DNA of 64,000 bases, taken from assembly GCA_963776245.1 (NCBI GenBank), contig CAVZLN010000006.1, positions 517,215 through 581,214 of the forward strand, in the 5' to 3' direction. The stretch comes from Candidatus Eiseniibacteriota bacterium (lineage in GTDB: Bacteria > Eisenbacteria > RBG-16-71-46). Below the pieces are notes generated by a model. That model was not told the origin of the DNA. It did no database searches and was given only the letters and a program-made list of their open reading frames with translations. Both the position numbers and the translations under genes were made by a program. This document shows positions 1 through 9,641 of the stretch, one piece after another. The first letter of the stretch is position 1; each line of letters starts with the position of its first letter.

Positions 1-585
1 GTCGGCCGGCGCGGGGTCCGCCGCCGGGTGGCGGCGCACCGCGAGCACGCGCATCCCGAGCGCCCGCGCGCGCACCGCGAGCGCGCGGCCGACCTCGCCC
101 AGCCCGATGATGCCGAGCGTCGAGCCGTCCACCTGCGCGATCGCCGGGGCCTCCTGCCACAGCCCCTCCTGCGCCCACGTCGAAGCCTGCTGCAGATCGC
201 GGGCGACGTGGAACTTGCGCGCGAAGCCGAGGATGGCGGCGAGCGCGTGCTCCGCCATGGACACCGCGTGCAGCCCGCGGCCGTTGGTGAGCACCACCTC
301 GCTCTCGACCAGCGCCGGGAACAGCAGCGGCCCGACCCCGGCCGCGCTGGTGTGCACCCAGCGCAGCCGGGTGGCGAGATGGAAGTTCTCGGCCCGCAGC
401 ACCCAGCCGTACACCACGTCGGCCGTCGGCAGCAGGGCCTCGGCCGCGGCGCGATCGCGCGGGACGAGGAACTCCACCGTCGGGAAGTCCCGCGCCAGCC
501 CCTCGACCAGCGCGGCCGGCAGATTCCAGATCGCCTTGGGATCGCGGACGTACTCGAGCACGCGCACGTGGGCCATGACGCGCAT
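1..585 (-). CDS. D-isomer-specific 2-hydroxyacid dehydrogenase (NAD-binding), 5'-complete, 3' end outside window
   Basis: Reverse-strand translation gives MRVMAH...GRGLHAVSMAEHALAAILGFARKF...VDGSTLGIIGLGEVGRALAVRARALGMRVLAVRR, with the GxGxxG Rossmann motif typical of the D-2-HADH family. The ORF track does not list it because its stop lies outside the window. Confidence 0.6.
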   Translation of the reverse strand, partial: MRVMAHVRVLEYVRDPKAIWNLPAALVEGLARDFPTVEFLVPRDRAAAEALLPTADVVYGWVLRAENFHLATRLRWVHTSAAGVGPLLFPALVESEVVLTNGRGLHAVSMAEHALAAILGFARKFHVARDLQQASTWAQEGLWQEAPAIAQVDGSTLGIIGLGEVGRALAVRARALGMRVLAVRRHPAADPAPAD

Positions 586-701
586 GGTGCCACACGGGTG
601 AACCCCGACGCGAGACGCCGCTTGCGCGGGGCGCGCCCCGCCGGATAGTCTCCCGCGACTTGGACCCTGCCTGACCGGACGTTCCGAAGGAGGCCACAGC
701 C

Positions 702-1685
702 TTGGCATTCGCGCGCACGAAGGTGCCGTCGCTCGTTCCGGCCGCCCGCGCGGCCTTTCTGGCCGCTGCGGCGGCGCTCGCGTTCACCGCTGCCGCGCAC
801 GCGGGGGCCTGGCTGCCCGCGCCCGGCGAATATCAGACCGAGTTCCACGCCAGTGGGTTCTCCGCCGATTCGTGGCACGGCGCGGACGGCGCCCGCTGGC
901 CGCTCGCGGGCAATGGCCTGTACGAGGTCCGCAGCCTGGTGGCCACCACCGACATGGGCTGGAAGAAGGGGCGTTCGTTCTTCCTCTCCATCCCCTTCAG
1001 TGGGGTCACGCGCCGCGAGGGAGCGGCCCGTACCGGGGCGATCCCCGGATACAGCCGCACCGAGACCGGGCTCGGCGACCTGGTGATCGGCTTCCGCGTG
1101 AAGCTCAAGCAGACGACCAGCGCGCTGTCGGTGGACCTGGCGTGGAAGGCGCCGCTCGGTTACGCCCGCGACTTCGCGCGGCGGGACTCGCTCGGCCGCA
1201 TGCTCACGGTGACCGGAGCCCCGGGCGACTCCTCGCGCCCCGCGGTGGCCCAGTACCCGCCCACGCTCGGCGCCGGTCAGCAGGACCTGATGGCCACGCT
1301 CAACTGGGGCACGCCGCTGGCGCGGCGCGGATTCCTCGACGCCTCCGTGGGCTATCGCTATCGCTTCGAAGCGCCCGCCGACCAGATCATCGCGCGCGCC
1401 GACCTCGGCCTGTGGCTGGGCTCGCGCCTGCTGGTGGGCGGCCGCTACTCGGGCGAGATCGCGGCCGGCGACGGTGAGACGCCGGGCGACAAGGTGACGC
1501 GCCATCTGGCCGGGCCGATCCTGCTGCTGCGGGTGGACGACCGCTGCGACGTGTTCGCCGGCTCGTTCCACACCGCGTCGGCCGAGAACGCGCTCCACGT
1601 CGACCAGCTCTACGCCGGGATGGCGTTCAAGGTGACCAAGCTCGACCGGCTGCAGGGCTGGCTGGGCGGCATGCGCAAGCCCTGA
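702..1685 (+). CDS. Secreted protein with N-terminal signal peptide; possible outer-membrane β-barrel
   Basis: TTG start follows an AAGGAGG Shine-Dalgarno. The hydrophobic leader reads AFLAAAAALAFTAAAHA. The sequence is rich in alternating β-strand-like segments and ends in an aromatic-rich C-terminus. No family recognised. Confidence 0.45.
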   Translation: MAFARTKVPSLVPAARAAFLAAAAALAFTAAAHAGAWLPAPGEYQTEFHASGFSADSWHGADGARWPLAGNGLYEVRSLVATTDMGWKKGRSFFLSIPFSGVTRREGAARTGAIPGYSRTETGLGDLVIGFRVKLKQTTSALSVDLAWKAPLGYARDFARRDSLGRMLTVTGAPGDSSRPAVAQYPPTLGAGQQDLMATLNWGTPLARRGFLDASVGYRYRFEAPADQIIARADLGLWLGSRLLVGGRYSGEIAAGDGETPGDKVTRHLAGPILLLRVDDRCDVFAGSFHTASAENALHVDQLYAGMAFKVTKLDRLQGWLGGMRKP

Positions 1686-1834
1686 CGCACGCGGACGCCG
1701 ACGGGCGCGCGTGGCCTTCGCGGGCGCGCGCGCCCTTCGTCGTTCGGGAGGGACGACCGATCCGCGACCTCGTCGCGCGCCTGCTGCCCCACCTCGCCCG
1801 CCACCGACGAAGGCTGGCGTGGGGCATCGCCTGC

Positions 1835-3505
1835 GTGGTGGTGGCCAACGTCATCGCGCTGGCCCAGCCGCAGGTGCTGCGATTCGCGGTCGACGACCTG
1901 TACCGCGGCGTCACCGCCGCGAAGCTCGGGCGCTACGCCTTCTTCCTGCTCGCCATCGCCATCGTCGCGGGCGTGTTCAAGTACTGGATGCGTCAGGCGG
2001 TCATCGGCGTCTCGCGCGCCATCGAGTACGACCTGCGCAACCAGCTGTTCGCGCACCTCCAGCGCCAGCCGGTCCAGTGGTTCCAGGCCGAGCGCACCGG
2101 CGAGATCATGTCGCGCGCCACCAACGACCTCGCGGCGGTGCGGCTGATGTTCGGCCCGGGCATCATGTACCTGGTCAACACCGTCACCGTGGCGCTGGTG
2201 GCGCTCGGGTTCATGGTCGCCATCAGCCCGCGGCTGTCGCTCTACTCCCTGCTGCCGCTGCCGCTGGTCTCGCTCTCGGTGTGGTTCTTCGGCGATCGCA
2301 TCGAGCGCCGGTTCGAGCGCATCCAGGCCCACTTCGCGCTGATCTCGGCGCGGGTCCAGGAGAGTCTCGCGGGCGTCCGCGTGGTGCGCGCGTTCGCGCG
2401 CGAGGACGCCGAGCTCGACGACTTCCAGCGCCTCAACCGCGAGTACCTCGAGAAGAACCTCGCGCTCATCACGACCTCGGGGTTCCTCTACCCCGCGCTC
2501 GGCTTCCTGTCGGGGCTCGCGGCGCTGCTCGGGCTCTACGTCGGCGGGCGCGAGGTGATCAAGGGCCACATCACGCTCGGCGAGTTCGTGGCGTTCACCG
2601 TGTATCTCGGCATGCTGAACTGGCCGATGGTCGCGCTCGGCTGGGTGGTGAGCCTGTTCCAGCGCGGCAGCGCGTCGTTCCGCCGGCTGGACCAGATCCT
2701 CGAGGTCGAGCCCGCCATCGCCAGCCCGCCGGGCGCGGCGGCCCCCGAGCCGGCGCGTGGCGCGATCGAGTTCCGCGGACTCACCTTCACCTACCCCGGC
2801 GCCGCCGCACCCGCGCTGCGCGACGTCTCGCTCACGGTGCCGCCCGGGGCCACCGTGGCGCTGGTCGGCCACACCGGCGCGGGCAAGTCCACGCTGCTCG
2901 CGCTGGTGCCGCGCCTGTTCGATCCGCCTCCCGGCACCGTGTGGGTGGACGGCGTGGACGTGCGCCAGTGGGACCTCGAGGCGCTGCGCGCCCGGCTCGC
3001 GGTCGCGCCGCAGGACACGTTCCTGTTCTCGGCCACGCTGGCGGAGAACATCGCCTACGGCATCGCGCGCGCCGAGCGCGACGCGATCGAACGCGCCGGG
3101 CGAGTCGCCCACCTCGAGGACGACGTGGCGCGGTTCCCGGAAGGCTGGGACACCGCGGTCGGCGAGCGCGGGCTGACGCTCTCGGGAGGGCAGCGCCAGC
3201 GCACGGCGATCGCCCGCGCGGTGCTGCGCGACGCCCCCGTGCTGCTGCTTGACGACTGCCTCTCGAGCGTGGACACGCACACCGAGGAGGCGCTCCTGCG
3301 CGGGCTCCGTGCCGAGATGCGCCGGCGCACGACGCTGCTGGTGTCCCATCGCGTGAGCGCGGTGCGCGACGCCGATCTCATCGTGGTGCTCGAGTCCGGC
3401 GCCATCGTCGAGCGCGGCACCCACGCGCAGTTGATCGCCGCGTGCGGCCGTTACGCCGACCTGGTGCGCGAACAGCAGCTCGAAGAGGAGCTGGAGGCGT
3501 CGTGA
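1835..3505 (+). CDS. ABC exporter, fused permease/ATPase half-transporter (MsbA-like); N-terminus probably extends upstream
   Basis: Six-TM region followed by Walker A GHTGAGKST, signature LSGGQRQR and Walker B LLLDD. The conserved N-terminal motif LVARLLPHLARHRRRLAWG is in frame upstream of the GTG at 1835, but no ATG/GTG/TTG is present there. Confidence 0.85.
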   Translation: MVVANVIALAQPQVLRFAVDDLYRGVTAAKLGRYAFFLLAIAIVAGVFKYWMRQAVIGVSRAIEYDLRNQLFAHLQRQPVQWFQAERTGEIMSRATNDLAAVRLMFGPGIMYLVNTVTVALVALGFMVAISPRLSLYSLLPLPLVSLSVWFFGDRIERRFERIQAHFALISARVQESLAGVRVVRAFAREDAELDDFQRLNREYLEKNLALITTSGFLYPALGFLSGLAALLGLYVGGREVIKGHITLGEFVAFTVYLGMLNWPMVALGWVVSLFQRGSASFRRLDQILEVEPAIASPPGAAAPEPARGAIEFRGLTFTYPGAAAPALRDVSLTVPPGATVALVGHTGAGKSTLLALVPRLFDPPPGTVWVDGVDVRQWDLEALRARLAVAPQDTFLFSATLAENIAYGIARAERDAIERAGRVAHLEDDVARFPEGWDTAVGERGLTLSGGQRQRTAIARAVLRDAPVLLLDDCLSSVDTHTEEALLRGLRAEMRRRTTLLVSHRVSAVRDADLIVVLESGAIVERGTHAQLIAACGRYADLVREQQLEEELEAS

Positions 3506-5370
3506 CGCTCCCCGAGGAGGAGACCAGCGGTCGCGCGTACGACCACCGCCTGATGCGGCGGCTGCTCGGCTACCTGCGTCCCTACCGCCGGCAGGTGGCG
3601 TGGGCCACCGTGGTCGTGATCTTCGATTCCCTGGTGCAGCTGATCGGCCCATGGCTCACCAAGGAGGCCATCGACCACGGCATCCGGCATCGCGACCTCG
3701 GCTATCTCGACCGGATCGCGGTCCTCTACCTGGCGGTGCTGGCCGTGGGCTTCGGGCTCGGCTACCTGCACCAGCAGATCATGCAGCGCGTCGGGCAGCG
3801 GCTGATGATGGACCTGCGCACCGATCTCTTCCGCCATCTGCAGCGCCTGCCGATCGAGCACTACGACCGGAATCCGATCGGCCGCATGATGACGCGCATC
3901 ACCAACGACGTGGACACGCTCAACGAGCTGGTGACCGGCGGCATCGTCGCGATCTTCGGCGACCTGTTCCTGCTGACGGGCATCGTCATCGCGATGGTGC
4001 GCCTCAATGCCGAGCTGCTGGGCGTGACGTTCTCGGTGCTGCCGCTGATCGCGATCGGCAGCCTGTCGTTCCGCACCCTGGTGCGGAGGTCCTTCCGGGA
4101 CATCCGCAACCGGCTCTCGCGGCTCAACGTGTTCCTCAACGAGAACCTGACCGGCATGAGCACGGTCCAGCTCATGAACCGCGAACGGCGCAGCTTCGAG
4201 GACTTCCGAGCGCTCAACGCCGCGCATCGCGACGCCAATCTCAAGGCGGTCTTCTACCACGCCATGTTCTTCCCGCTGCTCGACCTGGTCGGCGCGATCG
4301 CGATCTCGCTGATCGTGTGGTACGGCGGCCGCCAGGTGATGTGGCAGGGCATCACGCTCGGCATCCTGGTGGCCTTCATCCAGTACACCCAGCGGTTCTT
4401 CCGCCCGATCTCGGACCTGAGCGAGAAGTACAACATCCTCCAGCAGGCGATGGCCTCGGCGGAACGCATCTTCCACCTCCTCGACACGCCCGCCGATCCC
4501 GCGCTCGGGCCCGGCGGCCGCGTCGGCGCGCTCGCGCCGGTGGCGCGCGCCGACCTCCGCGGGCGCGTCGAGTTCGACCGCGTGGGGTTCGCGTACGACG
4601 GCGAGCACTTCGTGCTCGAGGACGTGTCGTTCACGATCGCGCCGGGCGAGAAGGTCGCCCTGGTCGGCGCCACCGGCTCGGGCAAGACCACGCTCGCGAG
4701 CCTGCTGATGCGCTTCTACTCGCCGCAGCGCGGCACCATCCGCGTCGATGGCCGACCGCTCGAGGAGTGGGACGCGCGCGCGCTGCGCGCCGCCATCGGA
4801 CTGGTGCTCCAGGACGTCTTCCTGTTCTCGGGCACCATCGAGAGCAACCTGCGCCTCGGCGACGGCACGCTGGCGCCCGAGGCCATCGATCGCGCGGCGC
4901 GCGAGACGCACGCCCACGAGTTCATCGCGGCGCTCCCCGGCGGGTACGCCGCCGAGGTGCGCGAACGCGGCGCCACGCTGTCGGGCGGCCAGCGCCAGCT
5001 GCTGGCGTTCGCGCGCGCGCTGGCGCGCGACCCGCGCATGCTGGTGCTCGACGAGGCCACCTCCTCGGTGGACACGCACACCGAGTCGCTGATCCAGGAC
5101 GCGCTGCGTCACCTGATGCGCGGGCGCACCAGCCTGATCATCGCGCACCGCCTCTCCACCATCCAGGACGTGGACCGGATCGTGGTGCTCCATCGCGGCC
5201 GGGTGCGCGAGCAGGGCACCCACGCCGAGTTGCTGGAGCAGCGTGGCATCTACGCCCGGCTCTACACGCTCGAGGTGATGGGCGCGCGCAGGCGCCGCGC
5301 CCCGGCGCGCGCGGGCGACTGGACCACCGACGCGCTCCCGGCCGTGGACTCGGGACTCAATCTCGCGTAG
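3502..5370 (+). CDS. ABC exporter half-transporter, second subunit of a heterodimeric pair
   Basis: GTG start overlaps the upstream stop (GTGA). N-terminus LMRRLLGYLRPYRRQ, six-TM region, Walker A GATGSGKTT, signature LSGGQRQL, Walker B LVLDEATS. Confidence 0.85.
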   Translation: MTLPEEETSGRAYDHRLMRRLLGYLRPYRRQVAWATVVVIFDSLVQLIGPWLTKEAIDHGIRHRDLGYLDRIAVLYLAVLAVGFGLGYLHQQIMQRVGQRLMMDLRTDLFRHLQRLPIEHYDRNPIGRMMTRITNDVDTLNELVTGGIVAIFGDLFLLTGIVIAMVRLNAELLGVTFSVLPLIAIGSLSFRTLVRRSFRDIRNRLSRLNVFLNENLTGMSTVQLMNRERRSFEDFRALNAAHRDANLKAVFYHAMFFPLLDLVGAIAISLIVWYGGRQVMWQGITLGILVAFIQYTQRFFRPISDLSEKYNILQQAMASAERIFHLLDTPADPALGPGGRVGALAPVARADLRGRVEFDRVGFAYDGEHFVLEDVSFTIAPGEKVALVGATGSGKTTLASLLMRFYSPQRGTIRVDGRPLEEWDARALRAAIGLVLQDVFLFSGTIESNLRLGDGTLAPEAIDRAARETHAHEFIAALPGGYAAEVRERGATLSGGQRQLLAFARALARDPRMLVLDEATSSVDTHTESLIQDALRHLMRGRTSLIIAHRLSTIQDVDRIVVLHRGRVREQGTHAELLEQRGIYARLYTLEVMGARRRRAPARAGDWTTDALPAVDSGLNLA

Positions 5371-5554
5371 CGCATCGGGCGCGCGTTCGCGCTCCCCGCG
5401 CCGGTTCCGAGGGGTCTCGCACGAGGTTGCCCGCGGGCCCGCACCGCGGGCCCGGCCGCGGCGCAGGTTGTCCTTGCGCCGCCCTTCCATCGCGACCTAT
5501 CGTCCGGCGCATCCGGTACGGAGGCCGGCTCCATCTCGCTGGAGGGACCCCACC

Positions 5555-5956
5555 ATGATGCGCCTCTTCTTCGTCGTCCTCGTCGCGTTCGCCGCGTGGT
5601 ACGGATACAAGCACTGGCCGGAGCTCATGAACCGCACGCCCGGCCACGAGGCGGTGATCGTCAACAACTGCGGCCAGACACTCGCCCGAGTGCGCCTGAA
5701 GGTCGACGGTCAGACCATGGTGAAGGAACAGCTCGCGGACGGCGAGAAGGCCACCTTCACGTTCAAGGTCGCGAATGACGCGACCTTCGATCTCACGTAC
5801 GAGTTCGCGCACGCGATGGGGGTGCGCCACTGGACCGGGGGCATGGTCCCCAAGGGCCCGCTGACCCAGCGGCACTTCATCCAGATCGACGGCGACGGCC
5901 AGGTGGTCTACGAGGCGAGGTCCAAGGGCGTCGGAGCCCCGGGCCCCACGCCCTAG
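5555..5956 (+). CDS. Hypothetical protein with N-terminal TM anchor
   Basis: Starts MMRLFFVVLVAFAAWYGY, followed by a soluble domain. No recognisable family. The upstream part of ORF 5468 is low-complexity. Confidence 0.4.
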   Translation: MMRLFFVVLVAFAAWYGYKHWPELMNRTPGHEAVIVNNCGQTLARVRLKVDGQTMVKEQLADGEKATFTFKVANDATFDLTYEFAHAMGVRHWTGGMVPKGPLTQRHFIQIDGDGQVVYEARSKGVGAPGPTP

Positions 5957-6001
5957 CCGGCCGGGCCTCCCGCGCGCGGCATCGGGCGCCGCGGGGGCGC
6001 T

Positions 6002-6484
6002 CTAGTCGACCTGGTCGAGGTAGAGCTGCTGATCGTCCGTCGAATACCCGATCAGCTCCGAGTACCTTCCCCAGTCGATCACCGTCTTCAGCAGCGCCTC
6101 GGCATTCTCCGCCGGCAGGTGCAGCGCGATGATCTCGAGGAACGCGTCCTCGTCGGCGCGGTGGTCGTCGGCCCGCACCAGGGCCTCGACGACGGCGCGG
6201 AACAGCGGCAGCTTCTTGATCTGCTCCTTGAGGAGCAGCTTGCGCGGGTTCACCTTCGCGCGCAGGAGCGCGCTGCCGGTGCCGGTGAGCACCACGTCGG
6301 CGCCCGGGGTGACCACCAGGTCGAGCATCTCGGCCGCCTTGATGACCTGCAGGATCTCGCCGAACTCGTAGTGGATGTCACGCGCGAGCCGGAACACGTC
6401 GTAGCGGCCCCCGGCGTCGTCGAGCACCTCGAGCAGGCCGATGACCTTGCTGATGGCGACGTGCGGGATCGGATCGATGGGCAT
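6002..6484 (-). CDS. Hypothetical protein (possibly AAA-associated C-terminal-like domain)
   Basis: 160-aa ORF immediately downstream of the acyl-CoA ligase on the same strand. Non-repetitive, balanced composition. Confidence 0.45.
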   Translation of the reverse strand: MPIDPIPHVAISKVIGLLEVLDDAGGRYDVFRLARDIHYEFGEILQVIKAAEMLDLVVTPGADVVLTGTGSALLRAKVNPRKLLLKEQIKKLPLFRAVVEALVRADDHRADEDAFLEIIALHLPAENAEALLKTVIDWGRYSELIGYSTDDQQLYLDQVD

Positions 6485-6499
6485 GGGGAGGCCTCGCCG

Positions 6500-8245
6500 T
6501 CAGGCGACGGCGCCGGCGCGCTGCACCGCGGCCTCGGAGGCGAATCCCTGGCGCTTGATCTTGCCGGTGGTGGTCTTCGGGAACTCCTGCCGTCGCACGA
6601 TCACGCGCTTGACCCGCTTGTACGGCGCGAGGAAATGGCAGCGCTGGTCCACCTCGCGCCGCAGCGTCTCCTCGACGAAGGCGTCGTCGAACGCGCGTCC
6701 GGCCTCCCGGGCATGGTCCTCGAGCGCCGGCAGGTTCGGGTAGATGTGGGCGTGGACCTCCTCGCGCTCGCCGCGCGCGTCCCGGCCGCCCGCCACCACC
6801 ACCTCGAGCACGTACGGGCTGTTCGCCAGGTGGACCTCGATCTCCTCGGGGTAGATCTTCTTGCCGGCGGCGGTCGCGATCATGTTCTTGAGCCGGCCGG
6901 TGATCTTGACGCGGCCCTCGCGCGTGAAGTGCCCGAGGTCGCCGGTGTGGAACCAGCCGTCGCGGAGCACCTCGGCGGTCCCCACGGGATTGCCGAAGTA
7001 GCCCAGCATCACGTTCGGGCCGCGCACCACGATCTCGCCGTTGCCCTCGTCGTCGGGCGCCTCGATGCGCACTTCGACGCCCGGCACCGGCGCGCCCACG
7101 GTGCCCGGGTCCGGCCGCGGCGGACGGTTGGCGCAGGCCACCGGCGAGGTCTCGGTGAGACCGTAGCCCTCGAGCATGATCCAGCCGAGGTCGATGTACC
7201 CCCAGAACACGTCGGGGGCCAGCGGCGCGGCGCCGGTGATGAACATGCGCAGCGCCCCGAGCCCCGCCGCCTCGCGGACCGGCCGCATGAGCGCGCGCCC
7301 GATCCGGCGCCCGAACAGCATGCGCGCGAGCCGCACCGTCCACAGCAGCGACTGCGCCACCAGCCGGCGCGGCACCGGCGCATCGCCGATGCCGCGGTGG
7401 ATGGCGGTGAGCAGCTTCTCGTAGAGCAGCGGCACGCCGATGAACAGGGTGGCCTTCGAGGAGGTCATGTCCTCGCGCAGCTCGCGCGAGTTGAGACCGC
7501 GCGCGAACGCCACGCTGGCGCCGATGCGCATCGCGCACAGCTCGCCGGTGGACTCGAAGGTGTGATGCAGCGGGAGCACCGAGAGGAAGCGGTCGCCGGG
7601 ACCGAACTCGAAGGTCCGGGCCACGGTCTCGACGTTGTGGAGCAGGTTGGAGTGCGACAGCATCACGCCCTTGGCCTGGCCGGTGGTCCCCGAGGTGAAC
7701 AGGAGCACGGCGAGGTCGTGGGGGCCGGCCGCGAGCGTGCGCGGCGGCGCGTCCGGGAAGCATCGCTGGGCCTCGTCCCAGGTGGGCAGCCCCTCGGCCG
7801 CATCGAGCGAGATCAGCCGCAGCCCGGAGATCCGCGACTCGCGCACCCCTTCGAGCACGGCCCGCTGGCGGGAGCTCACCACGCAGCACGCGGCGCCCGC
7901 GGTGGCGAGGATCTCGCCCACCTCGACCGCCTTGAGCTGGACGTCGAGCGGCACCACCACCGCGCCGGTCTCGAGGATGGCGAGGTAGGCGAGCATCCAC
8001 TCGGGACGGTTCTCGCTCTGGAGCCCGACCCGGTCGCCCGGCCTCACCCCCTCGCGCTCGAGCAGCGCGGCGAAGGCGTGCTGCGCGCGGGCGGCGGCGA
8101 CGAAGGTGTAGCCCTGCCACTCGCCCGAACCATACCGGAGCAGGAATGGGATCTCGCCGTACTGGCGAGCCGCGAAATCGACCAGCTGGGGAAGGAGCCG
8201 GACGACGGGCGTGGGGGCCGCTGAGGACACCGGACTGGAAATCAC
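6500..8245 (-). CDS. AMP-dependent synthetase/ligase (long-chain fatty-acid–CoA ligase family)
   Basis: AMP-binding motif LLFTSGTTGQAKGV, plus GYGLTETSPV and a C-terminal TTTGKIKR-type motif. Confidence 0.85.
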   Translation of the reverse strand: MISSPVSSAAPTPVVRLLPQLVDFAARQYGEIPFLLRYGSGEWQGYTFVAAARAQHAFAALLEREGVRPGDRVGLQSENRPEWMLAYLAILETGAVVVPLDVQLKAVEVGEILATAGAACCVVSSRQRAVLEGVRESRISGLRLISLDAAEGLPTWDEAQRCFPDAPPRTLAAGPHDLAVLLFTSGTTGQAKGVMLSHSNLLHNVETVARTFEFGPGDRFLSVLPLHHTFESTGELCAMRIGASVAFARGLNSRELREDMTSSKATLFIGVPLLYEKLLTAIHRGIGDAPVPRRLVAQSLLWTVRLARMLFGRRIGRALMRPVREAAGLGALRMFITGAAPLAPDVFWGYIDLGWIMLEGYGLTETSPVACANRPPRPDPGTVGAPVPGVEVRIEAPDDEGNGEIVVRGPNVMLGYFGNPVGTAEVLRDGWFHTGDLGHFTREGRVKITGRLKNMIATAAGKKIYPEEIEVHLANSPYVLEVVVAGGRDARGEREEVHAHIYPNLPALEDHAREAGRAFDDAFVEETLRREVDQRCHFLAPYKRVKRVIVRRQEFPKTTTGKIKRQGFASEAAVQRAGAVA

Positions 8246-8297
8246 GCGGAAGACACTACAGCCCTGTCAAATGCTGGTCAAGAACCGCCATGCCCGC

Positions 8298-9563
8298 TCA
8301 TCCGCGGCTCCATTCGAGCACGTGCTCGCCGGGGACGGCGCGCATCTCGACCTCGCCCCGGTCCACGCTCACCTCGGCGCCCCCGGCGCCGCCCGCCACC
8401 GTCGCGCCGGTCACCCCCGCGGGGGCGGTGAAGCGCAGCGGCTCGCGCGGCTCGCCGTGATGGCGCACCAGCGCGCCGCGCCGCGCGAGGGCACGCACCG
8501 ACCACCCGCGCGTCTGCAGATCGCGTACCTCGAGATCGGTCAGGAAGCGCGCGCCCGCGGCGCACAGCGCGGCCAGCAGGTCGCGGAGGGCGGCGCGCCC
8601 GCCCTCGGACCAGCGCGGATCGAGGTGCGCGTAGTTCACGCGGTGGGTGCTCACGACCGCCGGCCGGCCGGCGCTCCACGCGGCGCGCACCTTGCGCGCC
8701 GCGGCGGCCGGGCCGACGCGGTCCCGCGGCTGATCGGGGCCACACGGCTCGAAGGCGATCCGCGCCGGCATGCAGAACAGCCCGCCCGCCCGCGCGGGCC
8801 ACCGGAGGTTCCGCATCAGCCGGCGCGCCGCCGGCAGCGTCGCGCCCGCCTGCTCGGCCCTGCCCTGCAGGACGAGGATGCCGTGCCGGGGCGCCTCCTC
8901 TTCGAGCCACGCATCCCAGCGATAGTCGGGCGGGCAGAGCGAGGACGGCCCGCGTCCGAACAGGGCGCGGAAGCGCGCGACCGCGGCCGCCAGCCGCCGG
9001 CCGCGGTCCGCGATCGGCTCGCGCGGATCGTACTCGCCCGCGGCCTCGACCGCCTCGCACACCACCACCTGCTGCTCGTGCGCGCGGCACGCGTCGGCTG
9101 CGCCGCGGCGCAGCGCTGCCAGCCACGCGGTCTCGGGCAGGTGATGCAGGCCATGCAGCTCGGGCCACCATGCCCCGGACTCGAGCGCGGCCGCGACCTC
9201 GCCCCACAGCCCGGGGCGGTTCCAGCGCCCGGGCGTGGACGGAAGATCCAGCAGGGGCAGCACCGGCACGTCGAACCGCGGCGGCCCCATCGCCGCGAAG
9301 TCGGGCGCGGCCATCACGGTATTGGCCTGCCACACCGGGGGGTGCCCATCGCCACCGCGGAACTCGAGCAGGGTCTCGACCAGCCGGCGCACGTCGGCCG
9401 CGCTCTCGAGCGTGGAGGCGCCGTAGCGCCGGCCCGGGGCGCTGCGATACGCCGGGCAATCGGCGAGCGCCCGTGCCGCCTGCTCGTCGGCGGACCAGGC
9501 GCACAGCCCCCAGTCATCGCTCTCGAGCACCACCGCTTGGAGTCGGCGCCAATCCAGGTTCAC
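8298..9563 (-). CDS. Hypothetical protein, possibly polysaccharide deacetylase-like (DUF2334-like)
   Basis: Only the 3' half of the long ORF 8298..10928 has protein-like composition (VNLDWRRLQAVVLESDDWGLCAW...HGLHHLPETAW...). GTG start near 9563. Family assignment uncertain. Confidence 0.45.
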   Translation of the reverse strand: MNLDWRRLQAVVLESDDWGLCAWSADEQAARALADCPAYRSAPGRRYGASTLESAADVRRLVETLLEFRGGDGHPPVWQANTVMAAPDFAAMGPPRFDVPVLPLLDLPSTPGRWNRPGLWGEVAAALESGAWWPELHGLHHLPETAWLAALRRGAADACRAHEQQVVVCEAVEAAGEYDPREPIADRGRRLAAAVARFRALFGRGPSSLCPPDYRWDAWLEEEAPRHGILVLQGRAEQAGATLPAARRLMRNLRWPARAGGLFCMPARIAFEPCGPDQPRDRVGPAAAARKVRAAWSAGRPAVVSTHRVNYAHLDPRWSEGGRAALRDLLAALCAAGARFLTDLEVRDLQTRGWSVRALARRGALVRHHGEPREPLRFTAPAGVTGATVAGGAGGAEVSVDRGEVEMRAVPGEHVLEWSRG

Positions 9564-9641
9564 GCGTGGGCCTCGGGACGGTCGTTCGGGCCGCGCGACT
9601 ATAGCACGCGTGCGTCCGGGCTTGACCCCCGCGCGCGGAGC

